64,000 bases of DNA from an uncultured Candidatus Saccharibacteria bacterium (lineage in GTDB: Bacteria > Patescibacteriota > Minisyncoccia > Phycocordibacterales > PALSA-1337): positions 107,284 through 171,283 of the forward strand of contig CAZBVQ010000002.1 in NCBI GenBank assembly GCA_964495685.1, read 5' to 3'. Below, in pieces: positions 56,837-64,000 of the stretch; the first letter of the stretch is position 1, and every line of letters begins with the position of its first letter. The notes beneath the pieces were generated by a model. It was not told where the DNA came from. It saw only the letters and a program-made list of their open reading frames with translations, and did no database searches. A program made the position numbers and the translations under genes.

Positions 56837-59800
56837 ATGGCCAAACTTCTTCGAGTTCATCTTGCCGGCGTTGGACATCCAGATGCCCGCTTCCACCCTT
56901 TGTCGTTACGTCTTGATCAGAAAGGGTTGCCGATGAATTCCGTGGTAAACCTTCGCAATGCTGGCGGCAAGACATCGCTCCTGTCCTTGATCTACGCTGT
57001 TCTCCTGCCAGGCAAGCATGATTTTCTGGGGAAGGTGAACAACAGCAACCGTACACTTGATGAAAACTTCAACCCAGGAAAACTGGGTGTCGTCGCGCTG
57101 GAAATGGAAAGCCAAGCGGGCCGATTCAGTCTGATCTTGGCGTGGGTGCGCCGGGAACGGGAGGACCCGCCCACACTCCTTTCGTTTCGTTCCGGTCGCG
57201 ATGGAATCGAGTTTGATACGCTGCCGATTCAAGGTTTGAGTTCGGCACCTGTGGCAACGCTGTCAGAACTTTTGAGCTGGCTCAATGATCGGCATAGCCG
57301 ATCACCAGGCAACGTAGATCTGTATGTCGCCTCCAACTTTCGCGAATGGCAACTTCATCTCAAAACGCAGCGGGGAGTTGATTCGTACCTTTACCGAAGT
57401 CATTTGCAAATGAACAAGGCGGAAGGCGCAGTGGACGAGGAATTTAAGTTCACAAAAACCAACGACTTCATTCGGCGTTATCTTGAATTCGCCGTCGAAC
57501 CGCCCACGATGGGTCGTGAAGCTGAAGATCCGGTAACGGCCAACCTCAATGAGCACCGCCACGCGCTCATGAAGCAGCCGCACTACCGGAAAGAGCAGGA
57601 ATTCATCCAGGAAATGGTGCCTCACCTACAGGAGTTGGATGGCCATGCGCAACGGAAACGAAACGCGGATTCGGAGCGAAATGCAGCCGTTTCTGAACTT
57701 CAACAGCATGCGGATGGGGTTTTGTTTCTGGAGTCAAAGTTTCGCGCGGACGAGAAAACATACGCGACCGACTATGTCACCAAAAAGGGAGAACGGGACG
57801 AATTGGTGCGAAAACGCGATAATGCGAAGCGTCACGCTGCTGGATATGATCGCCGGGGCAAGGAACTAAAAATCGACGAAGCTGAAAAGGCCCGGGCAGA
57901 TGCCCAGAATAAAGCCCAACAATGCCTTGAGCGGTTTCACTTGGTTTCCGCAGCAATGCTGTGGCGTGACGTTCGGGGCGCCAAGGTTATGCTTGCGGCA
58001 TTGGTGGAACAACGCGAGCAATTGGACCAGGAGCTTCGTCCGGAGTTGGAGGAGGTTCAGCGGCGCGCTCTCCGTCTAAGTGCCGCGTTTGAAGAAGCAA
58101 TTGAAAATGCTCAATTCGCCTTGGAGGAAGTTAACGAGCAGAATTTGCAGTTGGGAACAACTTTAAGCCAGCAGCGTAAGGAATTAAAAGAATTGGAAGC
58201 CAAATGGTCCACGCTCACCAATGAACTTAGCAAGATCAACGGGCAGATCGATTTGACGAACAAGGCACGTGCACGCCTTGTATCTGACAGAATCGTACAA
58301 CCGCGCGAGGAAGTATCCGATGCAGAGGCTCGGCTAGGCACTGAAATTCAAAAGTTTGACGAAACGGCCAAATCCCTCCGCAATGATGCCATTAACGCCC
58401 GTGGCCGGGCCGGGATTCATCGTGCGGAAGCCGAACGACTTTCGAAACTGGCTGAGCAGTCCAAGAATATTGCGGCACAAGCCCGCTCCGATATCGGTCG
58501 GTTCGAGAAAAACCGGGACGCTTGTGCCGACCTTGAAGCGGTGCAGGAAATTCTTGAAGGTGGCCCATTCGACCCGTTCAACCCGGGCGTTGTCGATGCG
58601 TTGCAAGGGAGGGAAAAAGGATACCGTCACCAGCTCCTTGCTTTGGGAATTGAAAGGGCCGAAGACAAACGTCTGATTGATCATTATGATGCCGATAAGC
58701 ATCCGCTTTTCCCAGTCCCGCGCGAGGTTGAAAACCTCCTCGTGCGATTACGCGACGAGCAAAAAATACGTGGGATTCTCACGGCTTACGAATGGTTAAG
58801 CGCCAACTTGCCAGTGGATCAGGCGCAAGTCCGTCTGCAATCGGATCCAGCCACCTATAGCGGTTTGGTCGCGAATACCCTGGCGGACCTGGAAGCCGCC
58901 ACACTGGCCTTTTCAAAGTTCCCACTTTCTCGCCCCGTCAAAATTACATTGTCCAGCACGCTGGCGGCTTTCACGAGCAATTCAACCGCCACCGTAATCC
59001 CGGAACGGGCCGGTCTTTTCAACTCTCAAGCAGCAACAGTCGAACGCGGACAAATTCTCGAACACCAAAGTCAACTGGATCGTCAAGAAATCGAACTCGC
59101 TCAAATGGCCGAGGCTTTTGGAACCGCGGCCAATCAGGTCGGGGGTTTCCAGAAAGAGTTCGTCGTTGACTGGATCGAAGAAAGACGACGTTCGTTGGCT
59201 GAGAATGAAGCACTGACGTTTCAACACAACGCTTCTGCTGCGGCAGAACAGTCATCGGTCAACAGTGCTGATCAGGAAGCGCAGCGAGCAGACGCAGAGG
59301 CTTCTAGTTGCGAGACAAAAGCGGGCAGCGCCAGAACACAACTTGCTCAAGTCATAGACTTCCGGAATAACTTTGGTAATCAACTGGGCGAATGGCTCAA
59401 GCGACAAAAAGAACTGGCCGATCAAATTGCTGCAAACCAAGCTGAGCGAGGCTTGGTGGACGCACGCATTCGCGATCTGGAATCTCACGTTCCTCAAATG
59501 GCGGAAAGAGCGCAGAAAGCCGGAGTCCGGGTGATTGAACTGCGCTTGGCAAAGAGCAACGCAAAGTTAAGCACTTATCTTCCGCCGGATCCTCCTCCGG
59601 TGGCTCACGGCGATATCACCACGGAAGAACTCCCTTTTACCACCGCCCGCGATACTTACGAAAACAAAGCCCGGAAGGGGCCTTTGGAAACCGCGATCAG
59701 TTCGGCCCAACAGAGGCTTACAAACTGTGAAGGAGCTTTTGCTCGCGATGGCCACGGGAAAACATCTGAGCACGTCGCTGCTCTCTCCGCGGCTCCAGAC

Positions 59801-61180
59801 CTGGACATACAGGTGGAAACGGCGAAAAGGGATGACATCAATGCCAAAACCACACTCGCCGTTGCGCAAAAAGAATTGTCTCTGGCCGAGAGGGAACGTC
59901 CCAAGCCGTTGGGTGTCAATGAGCGTGCTGACCTTGATCCAGACCTGCCTGAACCCGTGACTGCGGCGGAGGCAATACAGATTAAGGACGAGAAGCTGCA
60001 GATCATGAGTGATTTTCATGATCAAGCAGAGGCCTTGCGAGATATCGTGAGCGAGCTGGAAAACAAGCAGCGGGAGGCCAAGTCGGTTGCCGATCAGTAT
60101 CGGAACATGGCGGACTTAACTTCCCCTGCGCGAGCTGCCGAGCCAAAGGAATATCAGGGATTAGTTGGCAATCCTGACAGAGATCGTGACCACATCAGGT
60201 CTGTGAAGCGGCGCTATGAAGATGCCAAAAAACTTCACGAGGAGCTTGCCGCAAAGATGGAACGCATCCACGACAATCACATCGAGATACTGGTGAAGCA
60301 CGAAAAATGGGATCGCTTTACGGTTGATATTCGTGACCGTTTGCGTCGGTTCACCCGTGCTGATTATGAGGCAAATACGATTCAGCTGATTCAGGATTGC
60401 AATGAACGCAAGGCTGGGTTGGAGGCGAAGCTGCAGGAGATCGAAAAAGTCAGGGGTGTGCTAATTGACCAGCTCTACAATCGTGCGAATGAGGCACTGC
60501 GTTCACTTGAGCACGCAGCCCGCCTAAGTCGGATGCCGGAAGGAGTTGGTGCGTGGTCTGGCCAGCCATTTCTGAAAGTACATGTTCCGGCCCGAGCTCC
60601 CCAGGCCGAGCGCCGCGTTCTATTAAGTCGCTTGATGGATTCGTGGATGTCGCCCCAAAAGAAGGACATGACCATCCCCCGCGGAGCCGAGCTCGCTTAT
60701 GAGTGTCTGATCGCCGTCATGAATCAACGGGAAATCGATATCGAAATCCTCAAGCCTGAAGCTTTTGATCCATTGGTTTGCAATTACCAGCCGGTGACAA
60801 AGCTTGCATCCTTTTCCGGTGGCCAGCGCGTGACGGCAGCCATCCTCCTATATTGCGTCATTGTTCGGGTTCGATCTGACCAGGGCGATATTTTGACCGA
60901 CTGTGGTTTCTTGATGCTCGACAATCCTTTTGGCAAGGCCAGTCATTTCCCCTTGGTGGAACTGCAATTGAAGATGGCTAACGTAATGGGAGTGCAGTTG
61001 ATTTACATGACCGGGATCAATGATCTGGAAGCCCTAGCGTCGTTCCCATTACGTTTGCGTCTCCGTAACAGCGCGCGTAATACGGCAAATGGCGAGCGCG
61101 TGGTCCAGCACGAATTACATACGGTCGAAGCAGTCCGCCTTGGTGAATCCGCCCCAAATGGAAACGCAACTCGTTCTTGA
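56837..61180 (+). CDS. jetC: Wadjet JetC, an SMC/MukB-like ABC-type ATPase (1447 aa)
   Basis: N-terminal Walker A LRNAGGKTSLLSLIY, a central coiled coil of about 1000 aa rich in E/A/R/Q/L, and a C-terminal ABC signature FSGGQRVTAAILLY with Walker B/D-loop FLMLDNPFGKAS. Confidence 0.75.
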   Translation: MAKLLRVHLAGVGHPDARFHPLSLRLDQKGLPMNSVVNLRNAGGKTSLLSLIYAVLLPGKHDFLGKVNNSNRTLDENFNPGKLGVVALEMESQAGRFSLILAWVRREREDPPTLLSFRSGRDGIEFDTLPIQGLSSAPVATLSELLSWLNDRHSRSPGNVDLYVASNFREWQLHLKTQRGVDSYLYRSHLQMNKAEGAVDEEFKFTKTNDFIRRYLEFAVEPPTMGREAEDPVTANLNEHRHALMKQPHYRKEQEFIQEMVPHLQELDGHAQRKRNADSERNAAVSELQQHADGVLFLESKFRADEKTYATDYVTKKGERDELVRKRDNAKRHAAGYDRRGKELKIDEAEKARADAQNKAQQCLERFHLVSAAMLWRDVRGAKVMLAALVEQREQLDQELRPELEEVQRRALRLSAAFEEAIENAQFALEEVNEQNLQLGTTLSQQRKELKELEAKWSTLTNELSKINGQIDLTNKARARLVSDRIVQPREEVSDAEARLGTEIQKFDETAKSLRNDAINARGRAGIHRAEAERLSKLAEQSKNIAAQARSDIGRFEKNRDACADLEAVQEILEGGPFDPFNPGVVDALQGREKGYRHQLLALGIERAEDKRLIDHYDADKHPLFPVPREVENLLVRLRDEQKIRGILTAYEWLSANLPVDQAQVRLQSDPATYSGLVANTLADLEAATLAFSKFPLSRPVKITLSSTLAAFTSNSTATVIPERAGLFNSQAATVERGQILEHQSQLDRQEIELAQMAEAFGTAANQVGGFQKEFVVDWIEERRRSLAENEALTFQHNASAAAEQSSVNSADQEAQRADAEASSCETKAGSARTQLAQVIDFRNNFGNQLGEWLKRQKELADQIAANQAERGLVDARIRDLESHVPQMAERAQKAGVRVIELRLAKSNAKLSTYLPPDPPPVAHGDITTEELPFTTARDTYENKARKGPLETAISSAQQRLTNCEGAFARDGHGKTSEHVAALSAAPDLDIQVETAKRDDINAKTTLAVAQKELSLAERERPKPLGVNERADLDPDLPEPVTAAEAIQIKDEKLQIMSDFHDQAEALRDIVSELENKQREAKSVADQYRNMADLTSPARAAEPKEYQGLVGNPDRDRDHIRSVKRRYEDAKKLHEELAAKMERIHDNHIEILVKHEKWDRFTVDIRDRLRRFTRADYEANTIQLIQDCNERKAGLEAKLQEIEKVRGVLIDQLYNRANEALRSLEHAARLSRMPEGVGAWSGQPFLKVHVPARAPQAERRVLLSRLMDSWMSPQKKDMTIPRGAELAYECLIAVMNQREIDIEILKPEAFDPLVCNYQPVTKLASFSGGQRVTAAILLYCVIVRVRSDQGDILTDCGFLMLDNPFGKASHFPLVELQLKMANVMGVQLIYMTGINDLEALASFPLRLRLRNSARNTANGERVVQHELHTVEAVRLGESAPNGNATRS

Positions 61181-62183
61181 AGCGGTTCAAGCCGCTATGC
61201 CGTCGGGGCGCACGCAGACCGATGTATTGTCTGTTTTTAATGCTCTTGCTGAACGCATGCCTCGATTGAAAACCGATCAGAACCGATGGGAGACTTTCGT
61301 CGATCTCCTAGGCGCCGCCGAAACGGAGGGACTCATTGTCCTGCCTTCACGCCTCGGGGCTGGATGGAACCAGGAGGTTATGCCAGCTCGACCCCAGTGG
61401 ATAAGACTTGCATTAACCAGAGAGCCTAGGGAAGTGTTTAACCATCGCGGGTTTCCGTGGAACTCCGCTCTCTCATTCCTGGCCGGAGAGAGAAGTCTGC
61501 CAACAGGAATTCGTGATGCCGCCGTCTCGATCCAGCAGTTCTTCGCCACGAATGGTCTGTCCCGACCGTTCGTTCCCGTCAAAGAACGGTCATTCGCAAT
61601 TTTTGGTGAGGAGAAACGGCTTGGCGCGCTCCAACACTCCGAGATTCTGTTCGGTCCTGGAAAATTGTCGCTCGAACAATTGCGCTGCTATGTGGTCGAG
61701 CCGACGCCCGTGACGGAACGATTTGATCAGGGTCACGGGATCATAGTTTTGGAAAACGAAGCCACCTTCGACTCATTTTGCCGGCTTTGTCGGCACACAC
61801 CCGCCTACCAACTCGTGGTCTATGGCCGCGGCCATGAAATCCAGAAATGCGCCGCTTATCTCAACCGCGAAGCCAGCCGATTGGGTGTTACAGAAATGTT
61901 TTACTTCGGCGACATTGACCGACGCGGCCTGGAAATCCCCTATCAACTGGCACATGACCCAGCCACCAAGGTGAAAGTCATACCCTTGCTTTTGGCTTAT
62001 AAGTTCCTCCTACGCCGTACCGCCTCTGCACCCTGTCATGTTTCTGAGGCTTGCCTGTGGTTACCCGAGCCATTAGCCACTTTGGCTGCAACCGTAATAG
62101 CTGAAGCAGGTCGCATCCCGCAAGAAGCATTCGGTTGGGAAGACATTTCGACAACTTATGGCATCGATCCTTTTATTACATAA
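61158..62183 (+). CDS. jetD: Wadjet JetD (Toprim/topoisomerase-VI-A-like nuclease subunit)
   Basis: The C-terminal region IIVLENEATFDSF ... VVYGRGHE ... MFYFGDIDRRGLEI matches the JetD/MksG Toprim-like layout (E ... DxD). The start is uncertain (61089, 61158 or 61197). The 61158 start would overlap the jetC stop by 23 nt. Confidence 0.6.
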   Translation: METQLVLEAVQAAMPSGRTQTDVLSVFNALAERMPRLKTDQNRWETFVDLLGAAETEGLIVLPSRLGAGWNQEVMPARPQWIRLALTREPREVFNHRGFPWNSALSFLAGERSLPTGIRDAAVSIQQFFATNGLSRPFVPVKERSFAIFGEEKRLGALQHSEILFGPGKLSLEQLRCYVVEPTPVTERFDQGHGIIVLENEATFDSFCRLCRHTPAYQLVVYGRGHEIQKCAAYLNREASRLGVTEMFYFGDIDRRGLEIPYQLAHDPATKVKVIPLLLAYKFLLRRTASAPCHVSEACLWLPEPLATLAATVIAEAGRIPQEAFGWEDISTTYGIDPFIT

Positions 62184-62992
62184 TGGGCAATCGAACAAAC
62201 ACTGACAATTGGACCGCTCGTGAGCGTTTGGTGCATATTGAACGCCTTGCTTATTGGCGCGGTTGGCTACGGCGAGGGGATCTTTGTGCTCGGTTTGAAA
62301 TATCCATATCTCAAGCCTCGGCGGATCTTGCGGCCTACATGCGATTGAATCCTGGGGCCCTCCATTATGACAGCAGCGCCAAACAATACGTTGGGGCCCC
62401 TAACATGTCTTGCCGACTGGTGACGCCGACTCTCGAAGATGCATTGCCCTTCATCGCTGTATCCAAACTCGTCGCATTTTCTGAGCATGACCAAATTGTC
62501 CGCATTGATCTGCCCCATCGGTGTGTTCCGCCACGCGCGGCACGCGACATTATACGGGCTATTGCCAATAAGTTGTCTTTGGAAATTTATTATTTCTCGA
62601 TTCACTCCGCGACCGAACAGTGGCGCCGGATTTCCCCCCATGCGCTCGCCCACGATGGCTATCGCTGGCATGTAAGAGCGTGGTGTCACCAAGGTAATGA
62701 ATATAAGGATTTTGTCCTTGGCCGAATCGGTAAAACTCGTTCCCTTGCAAGTGAAGGTGTGTCGCCCAAGCCTGATGAGGACTGGATAACATGGGTCACA
62801 TTGCATTTGCGGCCATACCGACGATTGTCATCAGTACAACGAAAAGCGATTGAACACGACTATGCGATGAGCGGTGGAATTACCGCTCTTAAAGTTCGGA
62901 AGGCAATGCTGATTTACACACTTTCCTATCTCCGGCTCACTCCAGAGATGGCAGAATTGGCGCGCCATTTGGAGGTTGTTAAATTTGACTGA
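62183..62992 (+). CDS. WYL-domain transcriptional regulator (wHTH plus WYL, BrxR/CapW-like)
   Basis: N-terminal wHTH (WTARERLVHIERLAYWRGWLRRGDLCARFEISISQASADLAAY) and WYL core HDGYRWHVRAWCHQGNEYKDFVLGRI. Its ATG overlaps the jetD stop (TAATG). Confidence 0.6.
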   Translation: MGNRTNTDNWTARERLVHIERLAYWRGWLRRGDLCARFEISISQASADLAAYMRLNPGALHYDSSAKQYVGAPNMSCRLVTPTLEDALPFIAVSKLVAFSEHDQIVRIDLPHRCVPPRAARDIIRAIANKLSLEIYYFSIHSATEQWRRISPHALAHDGYRWHVRAWCHQGNEYKDFVLGRIGKTRSLASEGVSPKPDEDWITWVTLHLRPYRRLSSVQRKAIEHDYAMSGGITALKVRKAMLIYTLSYLRLTPEMAELARHLEVVKFD

Positions 62993-63065
62993 CAAGCCTG
63001 TGTTCACTCATGACTCACCCGCCCGGCCAAGCTGGGTGTTGGTCAATCGTTTCCAGTACGTCGGG

Positions 63066-63551
63066 CTATCTCTCCCATCGTCCGCAATACGCCTCGTTGA
63101 AATGCTTCACCAGTTTCCAATATTTTTCAGGGTCAGTTTCCTTCATGGTCAAAAGCTCCGCCAGTTTGGCTGAAGCTCCAATCATGAGTTTCTTCATCTC
63201 GTCATCCGTGATGCGCGAAAGCTCCGGCTTTTCCAGAAGTTCTGAGTATTTGCCGGCGTGCAGTTCTTCAATGTAACCATTTCGAAATGCACAGCACGTC
63301 AGAGCATTGGCTTCTTCCCTTTTTGTCCACGAGCGTTCCATATCCATGATGGACGAAATTTTAGCAGAAATAATCAACGCCGGCAATGTGTGCTGCCAGC
63401 AAAACGACACCGCTAACGAATCAGTGAGTCCACTGTTTTCTTGAGCGAATATGAAATCAGTTCGAGGAAGCTTGGGAACTTGCCTCAAGCGGCAAACCCT
63501 GACGCCTACTGTCTCCGCTTTGCATCCGCCATGATGGTGCGATGCAATCAC
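63066..63551 (-). CDS. Hypothetical protein. The start is probably the internal Met MDMERSW, giving about 92 aa
   Basis: ORF with an acidic helical C-terminus. Confidence 0.25.
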   Translation of the reverse strand: MIASHHHGGCKAETVGVRVCRLRQVPKLPRTDFIFAQENSGLTDSLAVSFCWQHTLPALIISAKISSIMDMERSWTKREEANALTCCAFRNGYIEELHAGKYSELLEKPELSRITDDEMKKLMIGASAKLAELLTMKETDPEKYWKLVKHFNEAYCGRWER

Positions 63552-63590
63552 GCCTTCCCCGCTTCAATCGCGCTTCCACGGTTGCTCCCA

Positions 63591-64000
63591 TGCAACTCAC
63601 GGAGCGCGACCGCGAAATCATCCGGCTCGTCCACCGGCATCGTTTTCTCCGTTCCCCACATATCGTGGCGCTCATTGGCGGCAGTCAACAGCAGGTCTTG
63701 CGAAGATTGCATTTGCTCTACCATCACGGTTTTTTGGAGCGGCCCCGCACACAGATCGACTCATATTACAAAATCGGCTCCCGCCCCATTGCCTACGGGT
63801 TAGGAAACAAAGGTGGGATGCTTTTGCGGCAGGAGTTTGGTGTTAATCCCCGTGAAATATCTTGGAGTGAAAAGAACAGTTCCGTTGGCCGGACATTCCT
63901 TGAGCACGCGCTTTTTGTTTCGGATGTGATGGTCGCGATTGAACTCGCCTGCCGGGCGCGCGGGATTCGCCTTGTGGCCGAGCATGAGCTTGCCATTCCG
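63591..64000 (+). CDS. Replication-relaxation family protein, N-terminal part. The gene runs off the window end
   Basis: My own translation from ATG 63591 reads MQLTERDREIIRLVHRHRFLRSPHIVALIGGSQQQVLRRLHLLYHHGFLERPRTQIDSYYKIGSRP..., which is the characteristic N-terminus of plasmid/ICE replication-relaxation proteins. It is not in the ORF track because no stop lies in the window. Confidence 0.6.

Noticed and set aside
1-64000. CRISPR arrays and rRNA genes
   Set aside because: No run of regularly spaced short direct repeats and no rRNA-like conserved stretches were seen anywhere in the window. The only direct repeats found are the 90-bp pair at 43.4 and 45.1 kb.

Overview
This 64-kb window has three compositionally distinct parts, with GC judged by eye only.

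1. Positions 1-18.2 kb hold the late and replication region of a tailed phage or prophage, all on the minus strand at about 43% GC. Reading right to left it encodes a Sak4-like AAA ATPase, a putative replication initiator, a RusA-like resolvase, a C5 cytosine methyltransferase, a ParB-nuclease::N6/N4-methyltransferase fusion, small and large terminase, portal, scaffold, major capsid, tail and tail fibre. No integrase is visible, and a rho-independent terminator marks the right edge at 18.23 kb.

2. Positions 18.3-45.1 kb are host-like housekeeping sequence at about 45-50% GC. Genes here are gapA, pyrD, a MacAB-type HlyD/FtsX/ATPase efflux trio, and lexA co-transcribed with a very low-GC 495-aa membrane protein. 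The largest feature is a branched-chain amino-acid (LIV) ABC transporter locus carrying six paralogous substrate-binding proteins (SBPs) alongside livF/G/M/H. A 1.1-kb insertion containing a tRNA-like 3' fragment splits this locus. A VOC-fold gene, a 689-aa membrane protein and a NYN-nuclease module bracketed by 90-bp direct repeats follow. Several proteins have monoderm-type N-terminal TM anchors.

3. Positions 45.1-64 kb form a higher-GC island (about 55-60%) that begins at a tRNA 3' fragment. It carries an ISAs1-family transposase (about 62% GC), a cytoplasmic trypsin-like protease cluster and a four-gene operon of unknown proteins. Next comes a GC-rich nested inverted-repeat region that could be an oriT or a structured RNA, then a TraD/T4CP-like ATPase. 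The island ends with a complete Wadjet (jetABCD, SMC-like JetC plus Toprim JetD) defence operon with a WYL-domain regulator fused to its 3' end, and a truncated replication-relaxation gene at the window edge.

No rRNA or CRISPR array was seen. All product calls are by motif or family recognition from the translations, without database searches.
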